64,000 bases of DNA from positions 744,001-808,000 of the forward strand of contig CM074821.1 in the NCBI GenBank assembly GCA_037447605.1, given 5' to 3'. The translations under genes and the position numbers were made by a program. Positions 1 through 18,981 of the stretch are shown here, one piece after another. The notes below the pieces were generated by a model, which was not told where the DNA came from, made no database searches, and saw nothing but the letters and a program-made list of their open reading frames with translations. Source of the stretch: Zygnema circumcarinatum SAG 698-1b. Its lineage: Eukaryota; Plantae; Zygnematophyceae. How positions within the stretch are numbered: position 1 is the first letter of the stretch; the number at the start of each line of letters is the position of its first letter.

Positions 1-57
1 GTACATTGCTTGACAAAAAATGCAGTGGTTATGAAATTTCAAAACTCAATTTTGCAG

Positions 58-3000
58 ATTTTCAGCTGCACAATGCACTGCTCCGGAGCCCTTCTTTTGG
101 AAGCGGGAGATGGCGATTTTTTGGATGAATTTCTTCAACCAATTGACCAAACAGATGAACCCAACATGAGAAATACATCCTTTGGATCACCTTCTCCGGA
201 TTTTGGAAATTTGGAGCCTAGAGATGTTCCGGCACGAACTCCGGGAACTTTCAGAGGAATGCAATCGGTGGAAAAACGGAGGCAATCTGTACATAACGGA
301 ACAGGAACGGAATTTGAGCATGTAGCGAATGCAGAGAATCTCTTTGAGAAGTTTGACGAGTTTGGAGGAAACGAAGACAGTCAAATGAATGAAGCTGCGG
401 AGGAGGAGGAGGAGGTTGGAGTGGGAGCGACTGCGGGAGTGGGAGAGGGAGAAGGAAGGGAGGCAGAGGGAGAGGGAGAGGGTGGGAGGGCTGAAGCTGA
501 GAAGCATGGTCCAGCCGGCAGACCGAGAAGGGAGAAAGCCAAAGAGAAAAATGGAAAATATGATCCGTACGCACCTTTAGACCCTCATGATGGAGGCAAC
601 ATTCCCCTCCGACCGTTTAAAAAAGGTAGGGTAAAAAAAAAAAAAAACCCCAGAAAAAAAAATGAACTCCCGTGTCAGACTAAAAAGCATATGCAAGTAA
701 TCAGTGAAAGCAGAACAAGCAGTATACAACCTTAAATACCTTATAACCCGTTTCGATTGCGGATTTCTCCGTTCATTTTGTGTTTCTTGTTTTTTAAGTG
801 AAAAGCTTCTTCCCTTGATGACGTGTGCAGGACGTCATCGACGGCGGGTGACGTCAGCATCATCACGGCAGGATGGGGAGTTCCCTCTTGCATCTTTGAC
901 CGGAGTTTCAAATCCGGAATTTGGGGCCGGTTGGGAGGCAGAGAAGGCGAGGGCTTATAGGAGAAGCATGGAGGGAGAGGAGAGGCTTCGTTCTGGGGGG
1001 CAGGTAAGAATTAGGGTTTAGAGTCTCAAACCTACAAGATTGAAGAAAGGAACCCAAAAAAGGAAGGTAAAGGAAAATGGTCATAAGCAGGCTAAAAGTT
1101 AGCCCAGAGCTTCACTTAACTAAAAAATCATTCATGGCGGGAAAAGCTTGAATTTTTTCGGTAAAAGCCTGAAAAAGGTCAAGTTTTTCTAGGAGCCCAA
1201 ATTAGCTTGAAAAAAACCCAAAAATTGTCAAAAGGAGGCCCTCAAAAACTTCGAAGGTTGGGAGCCAATCTCTCGAACTCTCATGGGTTTCTATTTGCAA
1301 CAAGAAAAGGAGTTTTCAGTTTCGGTTTCAGTCACTTGGGACTCTCCCCCTCTCTCCCCTTTTTTTTTTTTTTTTTTTTTTTTGCAGACTCAAAGTGCGT
1401 TCGAGGCGGAAGCTTCTCATTGTGAGGTTCCTGAAGCGGAAGAAGGCGGAACTTGGAATGAATACGGGGCAAACGATTTGGATGGCGATGTTGCCGACTT
1501 AGATACTCATTCTGATATGCCCCAGGTAGGGTTCACATTACCTTTTTCTACTCTTTCTTTTCTATTCCTATTGTTAAGGTTTTGCTTTCTTTGTTCGTTA
1601 GCTTGATGGAGAAGGTAAACCTTTTCTTGTCTCTCTCATATCTCTCTTCTCATTTGCTTTCAATTTGTTTCTTTTTTTTGTTTCTTCGCCCCAGGTTGGA
1701 GCCCATGATTGTGATAACTTATTTTCGAATGCGGATTTTCCCAATGTTTCCGCAAGGGAAGCATCGGCCACACCGGCAGAGTCGGCATATGGTGATCTAT
1801 GTCGAGCCCATATTGTGAGCATCTGCTGCTAACTAACTTTCAGCTTGAGTTTGAGGAGAATTGATATACTTCATTATCCATTTTGAGTGCAGCATCAGTT
1901 AGGAAGTGTCCTCTGAACGATATCTTTTATGTGATTGGAGTGTTCCCTGGAGGAAGATTACGACAATCAAATGAACTTGAATGGTTAAAAATAGGCGGCA
2001 TTTTAAAGGGGGGTGGGGTGCTGACTGGTATTTCAGGATGCCGCGTTCCATGAAGCAGCGAAAGCAAAATCGCAAACAGAATTGGCTTTGCGTGTGGCAG
2101 CATGGAAAAGTAGGATAGGACCTGCTCTTGAAGAACAGGTGAGTCTCTCTTCCTATTCAACTCCTCCCACTCCACCTCCCCCTCCCCACCTCTCCCCATT
2201 TCTCCCCTCTCCCTCCCTCCCTCCCTCCCTCCCTCCNNNNNNNNNNTCCCTCCCTCCCTCCCTCCCTCCCTCCCTCCCTCTCTCTCACTCTCTCTCGCTC
2301 TCTCTCTCTCACGCACACACACACACACACTGTGTGCTTTCACTGCTTCTCCTCCTGTCCCCCCCTCACCTTCTGTCACTACGCTACAGCTCGTTAAACA
2401 CTACATGCCCCCTGTGCGTCTAGTAGACCACGTTTCATGAGACTATAGCACAACACTTTGCTGAAAACGCTAGAATTGTGTACCATTCTGTACACCAAGC
2501 CACCTCATGAACCCATTTCTCAATGCACTAGATAAAACTTTGATTTCAACCTCTTTTTTTTTCAAAAAATAAAAAACATAACAAGCGCAAGCACATCTAT
2601 TCTGATGTGAAGTCCCTTATTGCTTTTGATCCACTTTGCAGGAGGCAAGGCCCCCCTTTGACATCCACGTGTACGGCGAGCGAGTCTTTGAGGGTCTGCT
2701 TGAGCCTGCACCGTACGGTCGGAATCTTCCAGAAGGGGTTGCAGCGGAGAAGTCGTTCACAGAGTTGGCGGGAGGGCAGCCGCGTCACGAGGTGTCACGC
2801 ATGTTTGCAGCAATGTTGCAGCTGGTGAGGGCGGGTCAGGGTTTAGGGTTTCTAGATGGTAGCCATTTGGGGTGTGAGCTTTGTGGGTTATCTTGGTGGG
2901 GTTCATGGTGGGTTGTAAATGCTCGGTCCGAGCGGGAGAGGGAGCGGGAGAGGGAGGGAGCGAGGGCGAGAGGTGGAAGAGAGGGTCCAAGCGGGAGGGG

Positions 3001-3647
3001 GAGAGGGAGAGGGATGGGGAGAGGGAGAGGGAGGGGGAGAGAGAGAGAGAGAGGAAGAGAGTGGTCCGAGCGGGAGCGGGAGAGAGAGAGGGAGGGAGAG
3101 AGAGGAGGAAGAGAGCGGTCCGAGCCAGAGCGGGAGAGAGAGGGGGAGGGAGAGAGAGAGAGGAAGAGAGCGGTCCGAGCGGGAGCGGGAAGGGGAGAGG
3201 GAGGGAGAGAGAGAGAGGAAGAGAGCGGTCCGAGCGAGAGCGGGAGGGGGAGAGGGAGGGAGAGAGAGGAGGAAGAGAGCGGTCCGAGGGGGAGCGGGAG
3301 AGGGAGAGGGAGGGAGAGAGAGGGAGAAGAGAGCGGGGTCATTGATGCATGCTTTTGCCATGCCCGCCATAGTGTTAATGGAGGGGGCGCGAGTGGGCTG
3401 TTCCATGGCACAGATCAACAATGGAAATGTTTCCATTGAACGTCCCGCAGTTCGACCCATGGAACCCCTTCCCTGTTTTACGGCCAAGCAGCCGTTCCAT
3501 GTGCAACTGCGTTGCACACGACGGCGGCACGAGGAGCTTGCGAACAACTTTGCGCCCTTTACAGGAGCGGGAACTGAACGGTGTGACGATTCTTTGAGGC
3601 ATGAGACGGCGCCGCTTCCTAGGAGGACCCCCATCCTGAGTGGCTGA
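58..3647 (+). CDS. CAPH2: Condensin-2 complex subunit H2 (kleisin CAP-H2), 3' part; 5' exons lie outside the window
   Basis: Exons 58-625, 831-1003, 1388-1525, 1695-1814, 2037-2138, 2642-2824, 3414-3647 splice in frame (GT-AG). Motifs DPYAPLDPHDGGNIPLRPFKKG, DLCRAHI/TELALRVAAWKSRI, RPPFDIHVYGER and HEVSRMFAAMLQL-INNGNV match plant CAP-H2 middle and C-terminal regions as I recall them. Confidence 0.92.
2921..3340. repeat. Purine-rich minisatellite (~55-60 bp units, core GAGCGGTCCGAGCGGGAG) in a CAP-H2 intron
   Basis: About 7-8 copies of the GGTCCGAG core separated by GA/GGGA tracts. Confidence 0.8.
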
Positions 3648-4098
3648 CACATGCCCAGCCTACGACTAAGTAAATAAAGTCTGAAACCGATTTTCAATAA
3701 CAGAAATTCATGTTTGCTAGTTGAATTTCGAATATGCATTGAAATGAGCTTAGGTAGGTTGATGGGTCTGATATACGTGACGGCGTAACTGTATGCGCAT
3801 AGCTGCAGGGTGTAGTGTAATGATGATGTTGTATGAAGGAAGAGTTCTGTGTATTCCGCCTCTTATTTATACAGTGAATGGCCACTGCAATTCAAGATGG
3901 GTTTTGAAAAGTGCAATATCGTTTACGATACTGGTATCGAAATATCGTTGCCAGTACAATATCTGCAATGACTACCGAAATTTTGGAATTTGAAAGATGG
4001 AACCTGCCCTCCAGTCTCGAAATACTTCCTCTTCATACTTGGTCCAAGAAAGGACCAAAACGACCCACAACAGAATCGTTACGCCCAGGCGAAAGAAA

Positions 4099-4198
4099 AT
4101 GGCATTGATCTCAGGATGGCAAGGTCATCAAACATACACATGGACAAAATTAGCAGCATGTGGAACCACGAGGAATTGGTCGCAAAGGACCTAAGCAC
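4099..4198 (+). repeat. Dispersed repeat, copy 1 (other copies 47328-47433 +, ~48375-48743 - split by a MITE, 53776-53960 +)
   Basis: Shared GCATTGATCTCA..ATGGC..CATCAAA..TACATGGAC..GCATG..GAACCACGAGG..TGGTCGCAAAGGACCTAAGCAC. Confidence 0.85.
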
Positions 4199-4333
4199 GC
4201 CCAGGACGACACATGCAGCCATTATCTAAGAGAACACAAGCCTGACTTGAGACAAATTTCCTCAACACAGTCGACCCACAACCAATAGCTCAAAACCGGC
4301 TGCCTTTGTCGCAGGCACTCCCCCGCCATTCAT

Positions 4334-9287
<4,954 letters not shown>

Positions 9288-9767
9288 GGCGGGGAAGCTT
9301 CGGCTGCTTCCACGTGGCGCGAGGAGGAGGGGGGAGGGTGGGAGCAAGATGCCACGTGGCCTCCTTTTAAGAGCCGGGAGTTAGGGGGCCATGGAACGGC
9401 AGTTCAGAAAAGACGGAACTGCTCTTGTGGCGAGCATAGAACGCAGTCTCCCTCTCTCACACCTCCCTCTCTCCCTCTCTATGAGAACCAAGGCATGGAA
9501 CCATATCAGCTCAGTCTCCATGAATGATCGATCACATTGATACACATCACATCACATGTGCACACATCATTTACATGCCGCCGTCACATGTCATAAGAAT
9601 TTCATAGTTTTATGGGAATGTTTTGAAGAATAAAAGTTGAAACCCTTCAGACAAGCCCCAGAGCGTTTGTGAGCCTCTCCCTGTCCTCTCCCTCTGCTTC
9701 ACTCAAGCCTCTTCTCACTCATAGTCTCACTCTCACTCTCCTCTTTCCGGAGCAGCCACGCCGGTCC

Positions 9768-11587
9768 ATGGCGTCACGGAGCTTGCAGCCGCTTCTTGCT
9801 GATGGAGCTATGGCGGCTGCCGCCATGCTGTCAGCGCACTTCGTTCGTGGCTCCTGCTGCCTTCACACGCGCTCTCTGAGGGAGGCCGTGCAAGGGGGGG
9901 CGCAGGTGGAGGTGAGTTGTGGGAAAGGGAAGGGAGGCAGGTGCGGAGAGGGACAGAGAGGATATGCTTGCATATGCATGTGTTTCTGTAGTTGTGTCCG
10001 TTTGATTGAATTACAGCATGTTTCTAGGTAGAGATAGAGGATGATGCGGAGGGAGGAACATTTTCACAGAAATTGGGCGCAAGAACAAATTTCGGTTTTG
10101 TTGTGGGGGTTTAATGCTGAGCCTTATATGAGGGATGATTTCAGGATTCGAATGTGATTGCTTGATGTTCTATGAAGAAACGATTTGAGGGTGTGTTCGC
10201 AGGGCTTGTTTCTAAGGTTGGCAGGAGCTTGATTTGAGAGCGAGCCGCGAGCTTGTTTGCTCCAATTTGCTGTGCGAAAAGGTGAATTTTTCCTTTCTCG
10301 TATTACTCTCGTTTATGTGCGCTGTTAAGCAGGTGTGCATATTTCACGGTACATTTGTTCATTTGTTCATGCTGTGGATTTAATGTTGCTTATCAAGAAA
10401 CATCCTTTCTTTCTTGAAATTGACGAAAACTTCAACTCTTGCAGCAAATACGTTTTCCTGATTAATTTTCCCTTTCCTTTTTTGCAGGTGGGAGAGCCTT
10501 GCATCTGCCGCTTGGCGGCAGTGCTGTCCAAGCTTCCAAACCTTCGTGTGCTTCGCCTTTCTCAAAATGGGTACTTCTCAAATCCTTCCTTTCAGGGATA
10601 CGTGTATTGCACTTTCCTGGAAACCAAGACACGTATAGTATCTTAGACCTTGAAATTCTGGAATGTTTTTACCTTCGATCTCCTAGGAACTCAAAGGTTC
10701 CAAAATGCAAAAACCGTAGTCCCTAGAAACCTATTGGCTTTGCAACGCTTATAAAGATCCATGTTTGAACGACTATGCATTCGCAGGTCCGTCTGAATTT
10801 GGTATTGTAGGTGGCCATTTGGACCTTGTTGAGATTTCTCTGTCGATGCACTCAATGGGGGCTTGTTGTTGTCTTCGATTCAGTCATTTCTGAAGCAGAA
10901 GGGGGAGAGGTGCTGCTGTGAGTCTGTGACTTAGGCTGGAAGAGCTTCCGAGCAGCCTTTGGGAACTGCCTGCACTGGAAGAGCTCGACTTGTCAGGTGA
11001 GGAAGATACGCCACAATGTATTGCTAGGGTTTGGAAGAATCTCCCAAAGTGTATAGCCAGTAGTGTTATCTATCTATCTATCTATGTTGTTTGTCCTTTT
11101 TTTATCTTGAAGATTGGTGCTGCTGTAGAGAAATTGTCTGTGAAGGAGGCTTATTGTCATAAGGAGGAGGACATGAACCATGACTTATAGAAAACGTGCA
11201 CTTCCTCGACTTTTGGGGAGTGGATGATTGGGTTTCCAGAAAACAGACTGCGGTTTATCCCTTCCGAGATTAGCCTTCTGAAGGGCCTCAGGTGAGCTGA
11301 ATACTGGGTTTATCATCTTTGCTCCGAGTTATTTGGCCTTCTATAGGGCATTCAGAAGTGCCTCCCCTCTCAGAATTGTTCCCTTCGTTTCAAAGATTGC
11401 GATATGCTGGACTCAGTCTGGTTTCCATGTTGGGGCTTACACAATGAGCTGCAGAGCTGACCCAACAGGGGCTGTGTGCAGGAAACTGAAACTGGACAGT
11501 AATCGCTTGGAGACGCTTCCCGTAGAACTGGGGCTTCTGTCCGACATAGAACTTAGTGCTGAGGACAACCCTCTCAGAAACAAATAG
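9768..11587 (+). CDS. Small leucine-rich-repeat protein (~148 aa, about 4 LRRs)
   Basis: Exons 9768-9911, 10488-10570, 10935-10996, 11240-11291, 11482-11587 are phase-consistent. They give LPNLRVLRLSQNGLEELP, LPALEELDLSENRLRFIP, LKGLRKLKLDSNRLETLP and ELSAEDNPL (LxxLxLxxNxL repeats). Confidence 0.85.
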
Positions 11588-12128
11588 GGTTGACCCAACC
11601 CTTGAGGACCTGCCATGTGTTTTATGATATGTGTGCAAAGAACACCGCGCCTTGGGTGCGAACAAGTGGAGATCATAAGCTTCGGGTTTTTCGGGTTTGC
11701 ACGATAGAGTGATGCCATCTTGAGTTCTCCGAATATGGTAAACCAGCAAAGTTTTAAAACAAAGAATTTGTTGACTTTTCGCACAAAACCATTGCGTACA
11801 AAGCTTCCTCTACATGTTTAAGCTCTTTCAGGGTTTTTGTACATAAAAAATCAACACAATTAGGTGAACACTCTAACGAAACAAACACTCAAAACACTAC
11901 GAAAAACCACACAACCCTAAGGCACCTCACAAGGGGTAAATCGAACGCAAGCTAATCAACTGGTTGTACACTTCACAAAAAACAAAAAAATGCAGGTGAA
12001 CTAAGCACACTCCTACCGCCAATTTTAGAAATGGCGAAAAGGTTTACGTTAGTTTTGAGCTTTTGAACGGTACTGTGACAGTATGTAGCCTAGAAAGGTG
12101 AGAGAACGGAAACCCAAGGAACGGCTCC

Positions 12129-15100
12129 CTACTTCTTTGGAGCAGTCGTGTCTTTCAGGGCCAGTCCCGCCTCCTCTTCCAACACTCCCAGAACGCCGCT
12201 TGGCTGCATTCCGGCTCTCACAATCTTGGGGACCAGATCTGCTCCTTCAATCTGAGCCGTCGGTTCGGCAACTGATCCTGTCTTAACAAACTCGTCCATG
12301 AGATGGCTGACCTCCTCAGGAATCTCGTCGTGTGGGCAATGTCCTACGAGAAAATTCCAAAGAAATTTGCAAAAGCTTGAAATATCACCATTTGTCAGGT
12401 GTGACGTAGAACGTGGGAGATGGGCGGTGAGAGATGGGGAGGTGGGAGGTGGGAGAAGGGAGGTGGGAGTGAGGTGAGAGGTGGGATGTGGTAGGAGGTG
12501 CGGGAGGTGTGAGGTGAGAGCTGGGAGCTGGGGGGTGCGAGGTGTGAGATGAGAGGTGAGCTGTGAGGTGTGAGATTCGGGGGTCGGGAGGGAGGCTGGA
12601 AGGTGACGGAAGGCGAAAAACAGAGGGTGCGGGAGAGAGGGGTAGATGCTCACTGTGGGTTTTGGGAGAGTTTGGATGCTACCATGATACTGTGCAATGG
12701 TTTTATAGTTTTGAAGCTTCTAGGGAGGTGTGAATACCTGCTTCCACGAACTTGACTATTGCAGAAGGGTAAGTCGATTTCAAAAGCTTGGCGCGGCTCA
12801 CAGCATCATTTAAGGGATCGTATTTTCCCTGCGATTTCAAACAGACCATGCCCACAATTCGCTTCTCATCTGCTAGGCATTAAAGCGAGTATTCCTTACA
12901 TTCAACAAACTGCAATATTTTCTAAAAGATTTCAGCAATCATTCCCCATGCTTCAGTTCCCGTACATCTACAGAGATGTGCCCTGCCTGTTCCACATACC
13001 TGAACTACGAGCACAGATCCTCCGTAAGCAGTCAACAGCTGGTTGAGGGGACGGGGCTTAGGAAGATAGAATGCGCTCTCTACTACCTCTGCAGCTCCGG
13101 GATCATTCGACTACAAAGAAGTCAAGGACAACCATAGTCGGACATTCACACAACAAAATCAAAACAGCTTGAAAAAGGTATTTTTTACTCATGGAGATTT
13201 TATGAGGGTATCTCTAGTTTTTTATATTCAAAATCTGACAGGACGGAGTAGATACTGCTCGAATGATCTCCGAAGCAAGTGAACCATCTGCTCTCTGAGG
13301 ATTCTGCGCATTGAAAATTAGCAGGTAAACAAAAGTTCAGTTGAAGAAGTCGCTTAATAACACCTGCAGGAGAGAGAAGAAGGACAGAAGCAGACGACCA
13401 ACGATCGTAATGTAGAATAAATCGTCTACAGAGACGAGCTTGCTTTTGCTTCTACCGATACTCATTCTCACCTTGCACTGATGTGTCCTGTTTGCGATTA
13501 GCAGCAATAGACGGGACCTTTGCGCTAACCTTTGGATAGCAGCGCTGGAGAATGCGAGCAACATTGCTCTGCAGGTAGAGGAAGAGAACTCTCGACAGAA
13601 ACCACGCAACTCCGCGAGGCACTTTGAAGCTCCTACTCGCCTGAAGGGATGGGGGGCTTGCCCATAGAGTGAGATGACCCGTACAAGCAGAGATGAGTGC
13701 AGACGTGATAGCATCTCCATTTCCCCCTCTCCCTCCCCCTCTCCCTCCCCCACTTTCTCCCCTTCCCCCTCCTCTCTCCCTCCCTCCCACTCTCCCTCTC
13801 TCCTCTCTCACTCTTCCCCTACCTCTCTCCCCCACACCCCCCCCCTCCCCCTCCCCCTTCCCCTTCCCCTCCATTCCATCCCTCCATACCCCAACATTCT
13901 ACATATACGTCTTCTCCAGATGGCATGCATGCCCTCTATACGCAAGTGTCTAGGAATGTTTTCTCACAGCGGAGTCTGGGATGGCTGCCTCAGGCTTCAC
14001 CACAATCCTTCCGGCGCTATTTAATAGCACCAAGTGAGTCACTAATTGGGGCCAATCGGCTGCCACGGATGCTACTGTGTAACCTGCATGGAAAGGCGAA
14101 AAACATGTCTGGGAGTAACTCTAAGAAATGCGTGTACTTGCAATGAAACGGTACTTAAAATAACTAAGCTCCGACAATAACTGCATTATCATATACATAT
14201 TCTGCTCTATATGCCAGTTCAGAGAATTTCATGAGCTCTTCGTTTCTATTGCCCGCAACGCCATCTCTAAAATCTGGAATAAATCTTTATGCTTCATGAG
14301 GTAGTGGAGAAAGTGAAGGAGGAAGAGATAGGAGTAGGGGACAAAGCCTTACCCCCAATGGAATTTCCAGCCAACAGTACCGGCTCTCTGACAACTTCCA
14401 CGATAAAATCTCGCACAAATTCACTCCATAGATATTGAGTATATGCCAAAAGGGGCTTTTCGGAGCGCCCAAATCCCGGCATGGTTACGGCCCAAACTCG
14501 GTTTCCACTCTCTGCGAGGGGGGCCAAATTGTCTCGAAAGTGGTCCCAAAATGCACCAAAGCCATGGACTAGCAGAATAGCGGGGCCTTTCGTCCCTGCC
14601 GATGAGAACTGAGAAAAGGGAGAGAAGGGAGAGAAGGGAGAGGAGGGAGAGGAGGGAGAGGGAGGATGCGCCAATCAGACAATTCACCTCAAAAGCTTTA
14701 AGCCCCTTCAAGGCCAATATTGCAAAAGAAGGCCAAGCTGGTAACTCTCAGGATCGAAATATAGGCTGATGGATGATGAAAACAGAGTAACTGCACGGAA
14801 GGGAGCGAGATTAACTACATTGCTTTTCCAGTAAAAACTACCTGCAAGACAATCTCCCCTTTCTCCACCTAAATCCGTTCCATCCTATTCTGTACTAGAT
14901 CTCCTTAAAATAGGTAAGAAGGTGGTTCATTCACCTAATTGAACGATGAAGTTCTTCACAGTATTCAATACCTTTGTCCGTAAGGTGGGAGAGTAAACAC
15001 GTGATCAGCGTTTTGAGTGTTTCAATGTCTACTTGTATGGACCATAGTACGAGGAAGAGGGGGAGGCAGGGGAGAGAGGGGGGGGGGAAGTACACGAGTG

Positions 15101-18100
15101 AGAGAGAGCGAGTGGGAGAGAGCTACTGACCTCTACCAAATGGCCCCTCCAGCGCCAATTCTGCACCTTGTGTCCTCTCCGCCCTCCATTGGAATATCCC
15201 AGCCGTGCTAACTGCTCATGGAACTGCATTCCCCCATACAAAAACCCTGAATACTGTCATACAAGGCTAGTGGCTTTTGGTCATACAGCAATTCTCAACA
15301 ACTTTTTTCTGAGTAACGATGGGTTACACAGACACTACCCACCCACAGAGACAACCAATGACACCCAAGGAGAAAGCTGGTTTTGGATTTGAAACTCAGG
15401 AAACTCGAGTACTAAATGACGTCTTAACATCTTTGAATTGCTCTCTGTATGCTGCTCTCTCACCTCCTGCGCTTCTACGGCACATGCTGCTGCCTTTGCT
15501 GTGAAAGTTGAAAATCCAAAAGGAGAAATCCAACCCCCCCCTCGAGCAGTTTCGTATTCAATAACTTCATGCAGAACTCGGCGGCGGGAGAGTACTCCCA
15601 AACTAAGGGGTAGACTAAACAGCGCCGGAAACGACGCAGAGGGCCGCTTTTCTGCCTGATATATGTAGAAATAAAATCTGCAAAGACCAGAAATGTCTTT
15701 AGACCAAGATATGACAGCTCTCTTCCGAACATGAGCAATTCGAAAGTAAAAGATTCAAGAAATTGACGGCGCTTTGCTGCAGCGACCAGTCTTACTCCTG
15801 CCAATCGATTCTCGAAGTAGGCTCCTGAATCCGCAAATATCCTCGGAGATTGTCAAGGGCTTTTTCAGCAGAAGGTTCATCCCCCATCCATGGAAAACCC
15901 TCATTCTCTTGCCCGCCCTTCATCTCCGGGACACTCCAATATGGTGCGATATCCAGAAGCTCCGCCTGTGTGGGAATATTCCCTGGCATGGGAGTCAGCG
16001 GAATCTTTTCAAGTAAGGCTACAAGCAATGAGGAACATGCACATGTTCATGATGATAACTGATATGACTCAAAAAGACCACGAGTTTTTGTTCCATTTGA
16101 GCTTTAGTAGGTCGTTTGGGGTTACTTGGAGCTTTCGTATGCACAGTTGTGGCAGAGATTTCTACCTAATTTCCTCCTTCTGCATTGCTTACCTGGATTG
16201 ACACCCTCGGGGAGTGGGGCCATTCGATATGGTGAATCCAACGGAGGAATTCTGCGGCCCCGAGAATTTTTGTATTGCTTGAAGTCATCCGGACGAGAGC
16301 CCTCCATCTGAATGAGCAGCAAAAGAGGTAAGAATCCATCACCATCACCTCGTATCTGAAAGGGAGAGTTCCCCTCCATTCCAAGAACGGAGGGAGAAAT
16401 CAGATTAGCAACGTGTTAGAAGATGAATGACTGTTGGAACGTATACACACCTCCCATTCGTATGAATCAGCCTCCCATGTGGTAAGGGAAACCATCTGCT
16501 GGCTATCTCCTCCAGTCAGCCTGTCTGCAAGGAGGCTTAAAAGCTGCTGCCAACCATACTCCACCTCTGCTTCTGCGATAACTTTGGTTGCAGAAACCTG
16601 GATGTAAACAAGAAATCATGCTTCAGGTTCAGAAATCCGCAACCGAAAACAAAACGAAGAAAAAAAAGGTTTCCAAGTTACCACTTCAACTAATGCGAAA
16701 AATGATGAAGCTATGTGGGTTTCAGAGCTTCAATACAATAGACATGTACGAGTAAGCTCAAGGATGTTTGCAGCATTCATCATCTTCATGCATTGGCTTG
16801 CCTGGCCGGGTGGCGCCGCACCTCACGGGCCAATGAGAGCACGACATCTGGCACGCTGCCCATGCGCACGACAAGGTCGGATCCAATGAACTGCAGCGAT
16901 TTCCTCAAGGAGGTCACAGCCCCAATGAGGGCGACCCGGAGAGAGGGAGAGAGTCCTGCAGAAAGATTGTGGGAGTGGGTCCTTAGGGTTCACATGCATA
17001 TACTTTTATTTGAAGGAGGGTACAAGAGGTCAGCTCTTGACACGGAATGGTGATGAACCCTTCCATGATTCACATCTGAAGCATGTACTATGCATAACAG
17101 CTCTCACGACTATTCCGTCTCTCTCACACACAGATAGGCACAGAAAGAGTACATCGCCTTGTCCACGCTGGTCTGTCAGGGGTTCAACAGCACGGCATTC
17201 CAAGTTTCAGCTGTAATCAGGGGTCAAGCAGTTGTATGTCAATGCTAGCTCTCCGACAAGGATTTTTTTGAAGTCTTCACTTACCCCCGATAATGAACGG
17301 GTCGAACACAAAGACAGGAGTGACATGCTTTGCTGCAAGTGATTCAACTACGCCCGGATGGTCATCAAGCCGAAGGTCATGCTTGAACAACAGCAGAACG
17401 GATTCTGGAAACAATGGAACGTGGAAGGATAGCTTCTTAGAATAGCGAACACCCAAAAAACCCTTCAGATATTCCAGCCTTTCAAAATGTTTAGCGTTTT
17501 CTGAAAATCTCACAGGCCTTTTTAAGAAGTTCAAGGAATCAGTGAGCTCTCTAGAAAAAATGTAGGAACACAATAGATGTCGCTGGCTCCAGCTTAGAAA
17601 GGATTGCAGCCTTCCTAGTTGTTACGTTCTTCGCACAACTTTTCAATCTTCACATTTCAAACAAAGAGAGGTACTAGAAACCGTCTGTGTGATTTTCATG
17701 CGTCGAGAGCTCCTTGACAAGAAATGCAGGCATAGTAACAAAATGTCCTCTATCTTTAGAATCCCAAATACGGAAAAAATAAGCTGTTCAAAGCGACAGC
17801 TTATTTCTGCATCCTGCATTGCGTACGGAGAAAGTAATGCAGTTCTTAAGAAGGCGTGGCATCAGTTTCTTCCTGCTTCCAGAATCCTGATAATGGAAGT
17901 CCCATCAAAATTTTCCTCACAAATGTTGTCGTGAAGGGCTCCCTACTCCGTCATTCATCTTCCGTTCATTTCAAAAGCTGCAGCAAGCTGACCAATTCTG
18001 GATGGTTCAAGAAAAACCTAACGCCATGGCAGATCCATGCTCCTCACCTTCCCCGCCCTTGCTGCTATCTGCTACCACATCTCCACAGCGCTGACGTAGG

Positions 18101-18285
18101 TCAAGCTTCCGTCGCTGTTGCAACCCTAACCCTAATCTTGCCCTTAACCCTAACCCTAACTTTCTGGCAGAACAAGGCTTCGTTTCTCGGCCAAAGCCTG
18201 AAGCAGCCATGGCTCTCCGTTCGGATGCTGAGCAATAGCGAACGACAAGCCGTCCAGAGACGGAGGCTGTCACCACGGCAGCCAT
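12129..18285 (-). CDS. Photolyase/cryptochrome-like N-terminal domain fused to an alpha/beta hydrolase (At4g25290-like), ~753 aa
   Basis: 15 exons: 18018-18285 (start and donor less certain), 17285-17404, 16822-16955, 16451-16597, 16193-16307, 15796-16018, 15464-15677, 15131-15223, 14353-14608, 13968-14083, 13530-13640, 13256-13303, 13000-13110, 12738-12828, 12129-12343. Total 2262 nt, in frame. Motifs FKHDLRLDDHPG and PVFVFDP; LLVHGFGAF, GNSIGG, GKYDPL, GHCPHDE. Confidence 0.88.
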
Positions 18286-18981
18286 GGCTGCCTGCCCGAG
18301 AAAAAGAGACCCCGTCTTCCAGAGCAACCTCTTTCAAGGCCTTGCAACCGACATGGCTTGTAGTTGGCAGGCCATGGCTTATAAGGGGCTGGTTTCATGG
18401 TCTCCTTTCGTAAAATATTGCTGACGTATTACTTCAACTTTTTCTAGTTTTGCTGACGGTTTTCTTAAACTTTGTTCACTTATGCTGACGTTTTCAAAAC
18501 TCAGATGGTTCGTTTACGTCACCTTCACAAACGTAATGACGAGATCCAGTTCGAGGACGTCATCTGGCTCTTGCGGACGGTTACGAGACGGGCGGCTTGG
18601 AATGGATCTCTCGAAATTCGGGTCTCGCCTTCGTACCCGAACAGACAAATGGGGTAAAACTAGCAAGATCTACCAATTAAACGTCGCCAAGTGGCGTATT
18701 GCGATTCCCGCTTCCACGTTGCCACACGCGCTTCGCAACTTCGATTTTTTGAGCGCCACGTGTATTACGTCACGTGTCGCTCAATGGTTGGATATTCACC
18801 TGCGATATTTTCCGTTTCGGACCACTTGGCATGCCACGTGTACGATTCCATGCCGTTGACGGTTGGATTGCCACCTACGTTTCCGATCCCGACCGTCCGA
18901 TGTGTCACGTAACGAATCGCTGAGAAACTTGACAGGGCCCGTCCGTGGATCGCAGCTTTCGCGCTCTTTGGGAAAATTGTG

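Noticed and set aside
13247-13255. Possible U12-type donor (GTATCTACT)
   Set aside because: Does not match the GTATCCTT consensus, and no U12 branch point was identified.
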